Source: Pseudomonas aeruginosa
GTDB taxonomy: Bacteria > Pseudomonadota > Gammaproteobacteria > Pseudomonadales > Pseudomonadaceae
DNA length: 32,000 nt
Direction: 5' to 3'
NCBI RefSeq assembly: GCF_001457615.1
Contig: NZ_LN831024.1
Coordinates: 1,440,001-1,472,000 of the forward strand
Position numbers and translations under genes: made by a program. Positions 10,577-19,096 of the stretch are shown piece after piece; position 1 is the stretch's first letter, and every line of letters starts with the position of its first letter. The notes under the pieces were generated by a model. The model was not told where the DNA came from. It searched no databases and saw nothing but the letters and a program-made list of their open reading frames with translations.

Positions 10577-11668
10577 TCAGGCCCTGACCAGATGGCCGGC
10601 ATCGAAGCGCCAGGCGGCTTCCACCGCGTCGCCCACCTCGAAGAACTTGGCTCGGCCGGGCGTGGCGTTAGGCAGCAGGGTTTCCAGGCGCTCGCCGTTC
10701 TCCAGCTCGACGATGTACAGGGTCACGTCGCCCAGGTAGAGCAGTTCGGCGACGCGACCGCGGAAGTGCACCTCGTCGCTGTCGGCGGTGACGCTCTGCG
10801 CCAGGCGGATCTTCTCCGGCCGCAGGGTCAGCACGCAGGCCTCGCCGGGCTGGGCGTCGAAGGATTTCAGCGCCTGGACCTCGCCCAGGCCCCGGAGGTC
10901 GATGCGCACGCGTTCGCCGTCGACCGCCTCGACCGTGGCGTCGAGCAGGTTGCACTGGCCGATGAAGTCGGCGACGAAACGACTGCGCGGGAAGCTGTAG
11001 ATGGTTTCCGGGGCGTCCAGTTGCTCCACCCGGCCCTGGTTCATCACCGCGATGCGGTGCGACAGCGCCAGGGCTTCGCCCTGATCGTGGGTGACATAGA
11101 CGAAGGTGATGCCGACGTCCTTCTGCAGGTTGATCAGTTCGATCTGCATTTCTTCGCGCAGCTTGGCGTCCAGCGCCGACAGTGGTTCGTCGAGCAGCAG
11201 CAGGCGCGGCCGGTTGACCAGCGCGCGGGCGATCGCCACGCGCTGGCGCTGGCCGCCGGAAAGCTGTGTCGGCATGCGCCCGCCCTTGTCCGCCAGGCGT
11301 ACGTCCTTCAGGGCCTGTTCGACGCGGGCGTCGATCTCGCTCTTCGCCACTCCGGCCATCTTCAGCGGGAAGGCGATGTTCTGCGCCACGCTCATGTGCG
11401 GGAACAGCGCGTAGCTCTGGAACACCGTATGCACCGGGCGCTTCTCCGGCTCGACGCCGGCGAGGTCCTGGCCGTTGAGGCGGATCTCGCCGCTGTCCGG
11501 CTGGTCGAAGCCGGCGAGCATGCGCAGGAGGGTGGTCTTGCCGCACCCGGAAGGGCCGAGGAGGGTGAAGAATTCGCCGGTGTTGATCGTCAGGCTGACA
11601 TTGTCGACGGCGGTGAAGTCGCCGAAGCGGCGGGTCACGTTGCGGATCTCGAGCAAGGGGGGCGTCAC
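10577..11668 (-). CDS. potA: Polyamine ABC transporter, ATP-binding protein
   Basis: LLGPSGCGKTTLLRMLAGF (Walker A), LSGGQRQRVAIARAL (signature), RLLLLDEPLSALD (Walker B), TOBE-like C-terminus. Confidence 0.96.
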   Translation of the reverse strand: MTPPLLEIRNVTRRFGDFTAVDNVSLTINTGEFFTLLGPSGCGKTTLLRMLAGFDQPDSGEIRLNGQDLAGVEPEKRPVHTVFQSYALFPHMSVAQNIAFPLKMAGVAKSEIDARVEQALKDVRLADKGGRMPTQLSGGQRQRVAIARALVNRPRLLLLDEPLSALDAKLREEMQIELINLQKDVGITFVYVTHDQGEALALSHRIAVMNQGRVEQLDAPETIYSFPRSRFVADFIGQCNLLDATVEAVDGERVRIDLRGLGEVQALKSFDAQPGEACVLTLRPEKIRLAQSVTADSDEVHFRGRVAELLYLGDVTLYIVELENGERLETLLPNATPGRAKFFEVGDAVEAAWRFDAGHLVRA

Positions 11669-11926
11669 TCGTCTGGAGAGGCAGTAAGGTCAGCGGGCGG
11701 AGCCGGCTGCCCGGTGTCGAAAAAGGGGGCGGATTATAGGGATCGCATCCCGCTCTAACTAGACGTCTGAGGCCCCTGTGAAGAATTTTTTTTCGCGGCC
11801 TCGGAAGTTGTCCGACAAAGCAGGAGCCACGCGGGCTCTGATAGAATTTCGCGGTCGCTTTCCAGCCCGTTTCCTCGAGTCTTCGATGTTCCTTCGCCTG
11901 TCCTTTCCGTATCGGGAGCCTGCCCG

Positions 11927-12643
11927 ATGAGCCATGCCGTTTCCCGCTTGCGCCAGGAGCGCCTGGCGCGCAGCCTGAAACCCTTCGTCGCGCGCGGTTC
12001 GCGCATGCCGCGCTGCGAAGGCTGTCGGCTGCTGCCGAGCTATTGCATGTGCGCCTGGCGGCCGCGGGTCGAGGCGCGCGCCGGCATGTGCCTGGTCATG
12101 CACGACATCGAGGCGCTGAAACCGACCAACACCGGCTGGCTGATCGCCGATACCGTGGCCGACACCTTCGCCTTCGGCTGGTCGCGCACCGAGGTCGACC
12201 CGCGCCTGCTGGAGTTGCTGGCCGACCCGCAGTGGCAGCCATACCTGGTGTTCCCCGGCGAATACGTGGCGGCGGAGCGGGTGGTGAACGAGGTCGCCCC
12301 GCTGGTGGAAGGCAAGCGACCGCTGTTCATCCTGCTCGACGCGACCTGGACCGAGGCGCGCAAGATGTTCCGCAAGAGTCCCTACCTGGAGCCGTTCCCG
12401 GTGCTCAGCCTGCTGCCCGAGCAGCTCTCGCGCTATCGCCTGCGTCGCTCGACCCGTGGCGAGCACCTGTGCACCGCCGAAGTGGCGGCGCTGTGCCTGG
12501 AGCTGGCTGGCGACGAGGCCGCGGGCGAGGCGCTCGGCGCCTACCTGGAGGTGTTCAGCGAGCGCTACCTGGGCGCCAAGCGGCACATTCCGCTGGACGA
12601 GGCCAGCCCGGCGCACCGTGCCCTGGCGCCGTTCCGTGGCTGA
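11927..12643 (+). CDS. tapT: DTW-domain protein, probable tRNA-uridine aminocarboxypropyltransferase (TapT-like)
   Basis: CEGCRLLPSYCMCAWRPRV Cys cluster; LVMHDIEALKPTNTGWLIADTV; LFILLDATWTEARKMFRKSPYL; LRRSTRGEHLCTAEVAAL. Confidence 0.85.
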   Translation: MSHAVSRLRQERLARSLKPFVARGSRMPRCEGCRLLPSYCMCAWRPRVEARAGMCLVMHDIEALKPTNTGWLIADTVADTFAFGWSRTEVDPRLLELLADPQWQPYLVFPGEYVAAERVVNEVAPLVEGKRPLFILLDATWTEARKMFRKSPYLEPFPVLSLLPEQLSRYRLRRSTRGEHLCTAEVAALCLELAGDEAAGEALGAYLEVFSERYLGAKRHIPLDEASPAHRALAPFRG

Positions 12644-12646
12644 GTG

Positions 12647-13540
12647 TCAGGCCGGGCGCGCTTCGGCGGCGAGCTTGCGCGGCCACAACTGCGCCACCAG
12701 CATGCCCGCCAGCATCAGCGCGCAACCGAAATAGCCGCGCAGGTGCAGGGTCTCGGCGAGGAACAGGGCGCCGGCGATGGCGGCGAACACCGCTTCCAGG
12801 GACAGGATGATCGCCGCATGGGAAGCGATGGCGTGCTTCTGCGCCACCACCTGCAGGGTGAAGCCGGTGCCGACGCCGAGCAGGCCGCCGTATAGCAGGG
12901 CGGGACCGGCCTGGACGATGGCGTCCCAGTGGATTTCCTCGAAGACCAGTGCCAGCAGCAGGCTGACCGCCGCGCAGGTGGCGAACTGCAGGAAGGCCAG
13001 GCGGATCGGGTCGTAGCGGCTGGCGAACAGGCCTACCAGCAGGACGTGCGCGCCCCAGACCACCGCGCCGGCCAGTTGCAGCCAGTCGCCGGAGGCGACC
13101 TGGAAGCCCGGGCCGATGCTCAGCAGGGCCATGCCGAGCACCGCCAGCGACGCCCCCAGCCAGGTGCCCGCGCCGGTGCGCTGGCCGAACAGCAGGCCGA
13201 GCAACGGCACGACGATCACGTAGAGCCCGGTGATGAAGCCGGAGTTGGTCACGCTGGTGAACAGCAGGCCGACCTGCTGCAGGTTGATCCCGGTGGTCAG
13301 GGCGACGCCGAGGATCACACCGGCGAGCAACTGTCCGCGATTGAAGGGTTGCGCGCCGTCGCGTCGCGAGCGCAGCATCAGCAGTGGCACCAGCACCAGG
13401 GCACCGAGGACGAAGCGCAGGCCGGTATAGAGGAACGGCCCGATGGCGTCCATCCCCAGGCGCTGGGCGACGAACGACACCCCCCAGATCATGGCGGTGA
13501 TCAGCATCAGGACATCGGCACGCAGGGCTTGGCTTCGCAT
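12647..13540 (-). CDS. EamA/DMT-family exporter
   Basis: About 10 TM segments; MRSQALRADVLMLITAMIWGVSFVAQRLGMDAIGPFLYTGLRF...ASHAAIILSLEAVFAAIAGALFLAETLHLRGYFGCALMLAGMLVAQL. Confidence 0.88.
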   Translation of the reverse strand: MRSQALRADVLMLITAMIWGVSFVAQRLGMDAIGPFLYTGLRFVLGALVLVPLLMLRSRRDGAQPFNRGQLLAGVILGVALTTGINLQQVGLLFTSVTNSGFITGLYVIVVPLLGLLFGQRTGAGTWLGASLAVLGMALLSIGPGFQVASGDWLQLAGAVVWGAHVLLVGLFASRYDPIRLAFLQFATCAAVSLLLALVFEEIHWDAIVQAGPALLYGGLLGVGTGFTLQVVAQKHAIASHAAIILSLEAVFAAIAGALFLAETLHLRGYFGCALMLAGMLVAQLWPRKLAAEARPA

Positions 13541-13705
13541 GGCTCGCTCGACGGGGCGGGGAGGGTCCGCCACTCTGCCAGCAAGCCGGGGTGTTTGAAA
13601 AGACGAACGCGGTGTACGAGGTATCCCTCATTCGGCTTGACCGGTCCGCCCTCGGTCGGCATCCTGAGCGCCGCCTCGGCTGGGCCGAACAAACTAGGAC
13701 ATGTC

Positions 13706-14359
13706 ATGGCTTCTTACGAGATCCTGATCGCCGACGATCACCCCCTGTTTCGCAGCGCTTTGCACCAGGCCCTCACCCTCGGGCTGGGCCCCGACGTGCG
13801 CCTGGTGGAAGCCGCCAGCATCGCCGAACTGGAAGCGCGGCTGAACGAGAAGGCCGATTGGGATCTGGTCCTGCTGGACCTCAACATGCCGGGGGCCTAT
13901 GGCTTCTCCGGCCTGGTGCTGTTGCGCGGGCAATACCCGCAGGTGCCGGTGGTGATGATCTCGGCACAGGAGGAGGCCGCGGTGGTGCAGCGCTCCCGCG
14001 AGTTCGGCGCCAGCGGCTTCATTCCCAAGTCCAGTCCGCTGGAAACCCTGCAGCAGGCGGTGCGCGCGGTGCTCGACGGGGACACCTGGTGGCCGCCGCA
14101 GGATGCCGCCGCCGAAGCCCTCAGCGAGGAGGCCAAGGCCGCCAGCGCCGGGCTCGCCAGCCTCACCCCGCAACAGTTCAGGGTACTCACCATGGTCTGC
14201 GAAGGGTTGCTGAACAAGCAGATCGCCTACGACCTGAACGTTTCCGAGGCGACGGTGAAGGCCCACGTCACGGCGATCTTCCGCAAGCTCAACGTGCGCA
14301 CCCGGACCCAGGCCGCGCTGCTGCTGCAACAAATGGAGACGGTTCCCGCTTCTCATTGA
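13706..14359 (+). CDS. erdR: NarL/FixJ-family response regulator (ErdR-like)
   Basis: MASYEILIADDHPLFRSALHQAL...WDLVLLDLNMPG receiver; C-terminal LTPQQFRVLTMVCEGLLNKQIAYDLNVSEATVKAHVTAIFRKLNVRTRTQAA HTH. Symbol assigned from family and locus context. Confidence 0.85.
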   Translation: MASYEILIADDHPLFRSALHQALTLGLGPDVRLVEAASIAELEARLNEKADWDLVLLDLNMPGAYGFSGLVLLRGQYPQVPVVMISAQEEAAVVQRSREFGASGFIPKSSPLETLQQAVRAVLDGDTWWPPQDAAAEALSEEAKAASAGLASLTPQQFRVLTMVCEGLLNKQIAYDLNVSEATVKAHVTAIFRKLNVRTRTQAALLLQQMETVPASH

Positions 14360-14430
14360 GAGACGGCTTAACGCTTTTTTGACCAGCCGGCGGCTAGACT
14401 GCCGGCCTTCCGAATCGATGAGAACCCGAC

Positions 14431-14802
14431 GTGTCGCCTTCCCCCTTCAAAGGCCAGACCGGCCTCAAGCGTATCCTCAACGCCACCGGCTATTCCCTCG
14501 CAGGTTTCCTCGCCGCCTTCCGCGGTGAAGCCGCCTTCCGCCAACTGGTGCTGCTCAACGTGGTGCTGATCCCGGTGGCCTTCCTCCTCGACGTCAGTCG
14601 CGGCGAACGCGCGCTGATGATCGCGGTGTGCCTGCTGGCGCTGATCGTCGAGCTGCTCAACTCGGCGATCGAGGCCACCGTCGACCGCGTCTCGCTGGAA
14701 CGCCACCCTCTGTCGAAGAATGCCAAGGACATGGGCAGCGCCGCGCAGTTCGTGGCCCTCACCGTGATCACCGTGACCTGGGCGACCATCCTGCTGGGCT
14801 GA
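14431..14802 (+). CDS. dgkA: Diacylglycerol kinase (undecaprenol kinase family)
   Basis: GTG start; GLKRILNATGYSLAGFLAAFRGEAAFRQLVLLNVVLIP...ALIVELLNSAIEATVDRVSLERHPLSKNAKDMGSAAQF is canonical DgkA. Confidence 0.96.
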   Translation: MSPSPFKGQTGLKRILNATGYSLAGFLAAFRGEAAFRQLVLLNVVLIPVAFLLDVSRGERALMIAVCLLALIVELLNSAIEATVDRVSLERHPLSKNAKDMGSAAQFVALTVITVTWATILLG

Positions 14803-14816
14803 TCTACGCGGACATG

Positions 14817-14850
14817 AAAAAGCCGGAGGCAGCGATGCCTCCGGCTTTTT
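14817..14850 (+). terminator. Intrinsic terminator after dgkA, probably bidirectional
   Basis: AAAAAGCCGGAGGC-AGCGAT-GCCTCCGGCTTTTT: perfect 14-bp stem with poly-T, between dgkA and the convergent FMN protein gene. Confidence 0.95.
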
Positions 14851-14871
14851 CTTGCGTGCGAGGGCGGCGGC

Positions 14872-16485
14872 TCAGGCCGCCGCGTCGAAGCTGTCGGCCC
14901 GCGCCATGTTCCACATGCGCTCGTAGAACTCGCCCTCGATCTTGCCGGAAAGCAGTTCGCCCGGCTTGAGGAAGTAGTGCAGCTGCGAGAACAGGCGGAT
15001 CTCGGTGTCGGTGATGCGTCGCACCAGGTGCTTGGCTTCGAGCTGCGAGGGATGTTCCAGGCCCGCCGCGGCGAGCATCTCGGCCAGGCCCTTGAGGGTG
15101 TTGCGATGGAAGTTGCGCACCCGCTCGGCCTTGTCCGGCACCACCAGCGCGCGCTGGCGCAGCGGGTCCTGGGTGGCGACGCCGGTCGGGCACTTGTTGG
15201 TATGGCAGCTCTGCGACTGGATGCAGCCGATGGCGAACATGAAGCCGCGCGCCGAGTTGGCCCAATCCGCGCCGGTGGCCAGGACGCTGGCGATATCGAA
15301 GGCGCTGACGATCTTGCCGCTGGCGCCGACCTTGATCTTGTCGCGCAGGTTGAGGCCGACCAGGGTGTTGTGGACGAACAGCAGGCCTTCGCGCAGCGGC
15401 ACGCCGATATGGTCGGTGAACTCCAGCGGCGCCGCGCCGGTGCCGCCTTCCTTGCCGTCGACGACGATGAAGTCGGGGAGGATGCCGGTCTCCAGCATGG
15501 CCTTGGCGATGCCCATGAACTCCCATGGATGGCCCAGGCAGAACTTGAAGCCGACCGGCTTGCCGCCGGACAGTTCGCGCAGCTGGGCGATGAACTGCAT
15601 CAGCTCGATCGGCGTGGAGAAGGCGCTGTGGCGCGACGGCGAAACGCAATCCTCACCCATCGGCACGCCACGGGTGGCGGCGATCTCGGGGGTGACCTTG
15701 TGCTTGGGCAGGATACCGCCGTGTCCCGGCTTGGCGCCCTGGCTGAGCTTGATCTCGATCATCTTCACCTGCGGGTCGAGGGCCTGGGCGGCGAAGCGCT
15801 CAGGGTCGAACTTGCCATCGCGGGTGCGGCACCCGAAGTAGCCGCTGCCCAGTTCCCAGACCAGGTCGCCGCCGTTCTCGCGGTGATAGGGACTGATGCT
15901 GCCCTCGCCGGTGTCGTGGTAGAAGTTGCCCATCTGCGCGCCACGGTTCAGCGAGCGAATGGCGTTGGCGCTGAGGGCGCCGAAACTCATCGCCGAGACG
16001 TTGAACAGCGAAGCGGAGTACGGCTTGCTGCATTGTGGCCCGCCGATGTCGACGCGGAACTCGCAGGGATCGCTGAGCGGCGCCGGACGCATCGAGTGGC
16101 TGATGAATTCGTAGCCGGCGGTGTACACGTCGATCAGGGTGCCGAAGGGCTTCTCCGAGCTTTCGTTCTTCGCCCGCGAGTAGACCAGCGAGCGCTGGGC
16201 GCGGGAGAAGGGCAGGGCGTCGCCGTCGGCTTCCAGCAGGTACTGGCGGATCTCCGGGCGGATGCCTTCCACCAGATAGCGGATGTTGCCCAGGATCGGA
16301 TAGTTGCGGCGCACCGCGTGTGGCGTCTGGATCAGGTCGAACAGGCCGAGCAGGCTCAGGGCCACGCCCAGGAGGGTGAACGGCCAGAGCCATTCGGTGC
16401 TGCCGAGGAACGGCAGGCTGAGCAAGGTGAACAGGGCGATACAGGCGAAAAACGCATAGCGACTGAGTAGCGACAGATTCATCAT
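14872..16485 (-). CDS. FMN-binding glutamate synthase-like protein (GltB central-domain family), membrane-anchored
   Basis: MMNLSLLSRYAFFACIALFTLLSLPFLG N-terminal TM; FNVSAMSFGALSANAIRSLNRGAQMG; ELKLSQGAKPGHGGILPKHKVTPEIA; VVDGKEGGTGAAPLEFTDHIGVPLREGL; GCIQSQSCHTNKCPTGVATQDP. The ORF track start at 16587 is an upstream TTG. Confidence 0.88.
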   Translation of the reverse strand: MMNLSLLSRYAFFACIALFTLLSLPFLGSTEWLWPFTLLGVALSLLGLFDLIQTPHAVRRNYPILGNIRYLVEGIRPEIRQYLLEADGDALPFSRAQRSLVYSRAKNESSEKPFGTLIDVYTAGYEFISHSMRPAPLSDPCEFRVDIGGPQCSKPYSASLFNVSAMSFGALSANAIRSLNRGAQMGNFYHDTGEGSISPYHRENGGDLVWELGSGYFGCRTRDGKFDPERFAAQALDPQVKMIEIKLSQGAKPGHGGILPKHKVTPEIAATRGVPMGEDCVSPSRHSAFSTPIELMQFIAQLRELSGGKPVGFKFCLGHPWEFMGIAKAMLETGILPDFIVVDGKEGGTGAAPLEFTDHIGVPLREGLLFVHNTLVGLNLRDKIKVGASGKIVSAFDIASVLATGADWANSARGFMFAIGCIQSQSCHTNKCPTGVATQDPLRQRALVVPDKAERVRNFHRNTLKGLAEMLAAAGLEHPSQLEAKHLVRRITDTEIRLFSQLHYFLKPGELLSGKIEGEFYERMWNMARADSFDAAA

Positions 16486-16687
16486 GTCTCCAATCTTCAG
16501 GCTTCGGTTCAAAATGGTAGTCACCTTCTTCGAGGCGTCTACGACGGGTTCCCCCCGCGCTAACCAAGCGCTGATTATGGGAAACAAACGGGGATAGAAA
16601 GCAAGCTAATAATTGTGTCTGGATGGTCGAGCAGCCGAATGGTCGCCGGGAACTCTTTCCGGAGTTGCGAATTATTCTTATCGGAGT

Positions 16688-16710
16688 AATATGTAACTAT
16701 ATAACATTAT
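16688..16710 (+). promoter_or_regulatory. Candidate Zur operator upstream of the type B L31/L36 genes
   Basis: AATATGTAACTATATAACATTAT: right half TATAACATT matches the Zur consensus GTTATAnTATAAC core arm; left arm is degenerate (ATGTaA). Fifteen bp upstream of the L31 start. Confidence 0.75.
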
Positions 16711-16725
16711 GTAGGAGGCATCCCC

Positions 16726-16989
16726 ATGAAACCCGGCATCCATCCCGAATACCGTCCCGTCCTGTTCCATGACACTTCGGCCGACGTGTACTTCCTGATC
16801 GGCTCCACCGCGGAGACCGACAAGACCCATACCCATACCGACGGCAAGACCTATCCCTACGTGACGCTGGACGTTTCCAGCGCCTCGCACCCGGTCTACA
16901 CCGGCGAACAGCGCAAGACCAAGAGCGAAGGCCGCGTGGCCGGGTTCAACAAGCGTTTCGCCGGCTTCGTCGGCGGCAAGGGGGCCTGA
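16726..16989 (+). CDS. rpmE2: 50S ribosomal protein L31 type B (zinc-independent, C- form)
   Basis: [81 protein letters not shown]; contains no cysteine. Confidence 0.96.
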   Translation: MKPGIHPEYRPVLFHDTSADVYFLIGSTAETDKTHTHTDGKTYPYVTLDVSSASHPVYTGEQRKTKSEGRVAGFNKRFAGFVGGKGA

Positions 16990-17141
16990 TGAAAGTCCTC
17001 GCCTCGCTGAAACAGGCCAAGCTGCGCCATCGCGATTGCCAGGTGGTGAAGCGCCGTGGCCGGCTCTACGTGATCTGCAAGTCGAATCCGCGCTTCAAGT
17101 GCGTGCAGGGCCGGCCGAAGCCGAAGATCAAGCGCCGCTGA
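16989..17141 (+). CDS. rpmJ2: 50S ribosomal protein L36 type B (C- form), 50 aa; absent from the ORF track
   Basis: ATGA overlap with the L31 stop; manual translation [50 protein letters not shown], YkgO-like and lacking the canonical CxxC zinc pair. Confidence 0.95.
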   Translation: MKVLASLKQAKLRHRDCQVVKRRGRLYVICKSNPRFKCVQGRPKPKIKRR

Positions 17142-17168
17142 GCGGCGACGGGACGGTCGCCCGTCCCG

Positions 17169-17954
17169 TCAGCCCTGGGCCTGGAGGAACAGGCCGAACA
17201 GCTCGGACTGCGACTTGATGCCGAGCTTGCCGTACATGTGCTTGCGGTGGACCTTCACGGTTTCCGCCGAGATCGCCAGCTTGCGGGCGATCTCCTTGCT
17301 CGAGCAGCCGCTGAGCATCAGCCTGCCGACCTCCAGTTCGCGCGCCGTCAGCGGCGTGCCCATCTGCTCCGCGACCTTCTCCAGCGAACCCTGCCAGCCC
17401 GGCTCCGGCGCCGCGGGGCTGTTCAACACTTCGTCCTCGAAGGCCAGGCGCTGGCGCATCAGCCCGGCCACCCAGGGCCGCACCAGGCCGAGCACGGCGA
17501 GTTGCTCGGGGGTGAAGCGGCGCCGCGAGCCGAGCGACAGGCAGAGGGTGCGTTCGCCGGAGAGCTGGACGTTGATCTGGATTTCATCGGCCACCACGTT
17601 GAGGCGGAAGTAACGCTGGTAGTAATCGGTCTGCTCGAAGCATTCCGGTGCCACGTCGGCCAGACGGAACAGGCCGCTGCACGGGTTCTCGCGGCTGGCG
17701 ATGTAGAACGGGTCGAGCAGGTAGAGGCCTCGCAGGTAGTCCTGGAACAGCGGGTCCGGCCCGCCGTCGGCGCCCGGGCATTCGGCGAACACCTGTGGCC
17801 GGCCCTGGCTGAACAGCAGGGCCACCCAGCTGTCGAACGGAACGTACTGTTCGAGCAGGCGTACCAGGCGAATCCAGAAGTCCGGCGCATCCAGCGCCTC
17901 GACCAGTTGCCCGACGGAGCGGTGCCAGGCGATGTCCTGCAAGGTGAAACTCAT
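17169..17954 (-). CDS. LuxR-family transcriptional regulator
   Basis: C-terminal PLTARELEVGRLMLSGCSSKEIARKLAISAETVKVHRKHMYGKLGIKSQSELFGLF HTH_LuxR; uncharacterised about 180-aa N-terminal sensory region. Confidence 0.9.
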   Translation of the reverse strand: MSFTLQDIAWHRSVGQLVEALDAPDFWIRLVRLLEQYVPFDSWVALLFSQGRPQVFAECPGADGGPDPLFQDYLRGLYLLDPFYIASRENPCSGLFRLADVAPECFEQTDYYQRYFRLNVVADEIQINVQLSGERTLCLSLGSRRRFTPEQLAVLGLVRPWVAGLMRQRLAFEDEVLNSPAAPEPGWQGSLEKVAEQMGTPLTARELEVGRLMLSGCSSKEIARKLAISAETVKVHRKHMYGKLGIKSQSELFGLFLQAQG

Positions 17955-17968
17955 CTTCTACCCCTGTT

Positions 17969-17978
17969 GGGTTAACCC
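17969..17978. promoter_or_regulatory. Perfect palindrome GGGTTAACCC in the divergent luxR/nitrilase intergenic region
   Basis: 10-bp perfect inverted repeat 14 bp upstream of the LuxR start codon, between divergent genes; operator role inferred. Confidence 0.45.
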
Positions 17979-18081
17979 TCGGACGTAATTATCGGCGCGG
18001 GGAACGCCAAGCATACTGTGCCGACTCCTGCATACGAACAGCGCGCGTGCCGAACAGCGCCGAGAACAACAAGGAATTCCG

Positions 18082-18897
18082 ATGAAAGTCGAACTCGTCC
18101 AGATCGCCGGTCGCGATGGCGACACCGCGCACAACCTGGAGCGCGCCCTGGCGGCCATCGCCGACTGTGCGGCGGACACCGAACTGGTGGTGTTCCCGGA
18201 AACCCACCTGACCGGCTTCCCCAGCGAAGACAACATCGCCGCCCTCGCCGAGCCGCTCGACGGCCCGACGGTCAGCGCGGTGCAGCGCGTCGCCCGTGAA
18301 CGTAACGTTTCGGTGGCGATCGGCATCGCCGAGGCGGACGCCGGCCGCTATTACAACACCACCCTGCTGATCGCTCCCGACGGCATCGCCCTGAAATACC
18401 GCAAGACCCACCTGTGGGCCTCCGACCGCGGCATCTTCACGCCTGGCGACCGCTACGCCACCGCCCTGTGGAACGGCATCCGGGTCGGCCTGCTGGTGTG
18501 CTTCGACATCGAGTTCCCGGAAAGCGCGCGGGCCCTCGGCCAACTGGGTGCGGAACTGATCATCGTGACCAATGGCAACATGGACCCCTATGGCCCGACC
18601 CATCGCACCGCGATCATGGCCCGCGCCATGGAAAACCAGGCCTACGCGGTGATGGTCAACCGCGTCGGGCATGGCGACGGCGGGCTGGTCTTCGCCGGCG
18701 GCAGCGCGGTGGTCGATCCCTATGGCCAGTTGCTCTGCGAGGCCGGGCGCGAAGAATGCCGGCAGATCGTCGAACTGGACCTCGGCCGGTTGCAGGATGC
18801 GCGTCGGGATTACCGTTACCTCGAAGAGCGTCGCCTGGTCCTGCCCGGCGAGCGCCGCGAGCACCCGGACGGCCTGCGCGAATTGCTGATTCCCTGA
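18082..18897 (+). CDS. Carbon-nitrogen hydrolase (nitrilase superfamily)
   Basis: Glu-Lys-Cys triad visible: VVFPETHLTGFP, LKYRKTHLWASDRG, VGLLVCFDIEFPESARALG; also YAVMVNRVGHGDGGLVFAGGSAVVDPYGQ. Confidence 0.93.
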   Translation: MKVELVQIAGRDGDTAHNLERALAAIADCAADTELVVFPETHLTGFPSEDNIAALAEPLDGPTVSAVQRVARERNVSVAIGIAEADAGRYYNTTLLIAPDGIALKYRKTHLWASDRGIFTPGDRYATALWNGIRVGLLVCFDIEFPESARALGQLGAELIIVTNGNMDPYGPTHRTAIMARAMENQAYAVMVNRVGHGDGGLVFAGGSAVVDPYGQLLCEAGREECRQIVELDLGRLQDARRDYRYLEERRLVLPGERREHPDGLRELLIP

Positions 18898-19096
18898 TTC
18901 ACCGCGGCGCGACAGGAGCGTCGCGTCGTCCTCCGTCCGCCAGCGAGCGGGCGAGGATGGGCCCGGAAAGCCGTAGCACAACGATGGGCGCCCGAGCGTC
19001 CGCCGGTCTCCCGGGTGAGGGGAGGCCCCTGCGCCCCGCGGCCCGGCCGGCTGCGGGCCACTGCCATAACAAACGATAATTCCGGAGTAAGCAGTA

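Noticed and set aside
12929-13705. N-terminal extension of the response regulator ORF (ORF track start at 12929)
   Set aside because: The receiver domain starts at the MASYEILIADDH methionine at 13706; the extension is antisense to the EamA exporter.
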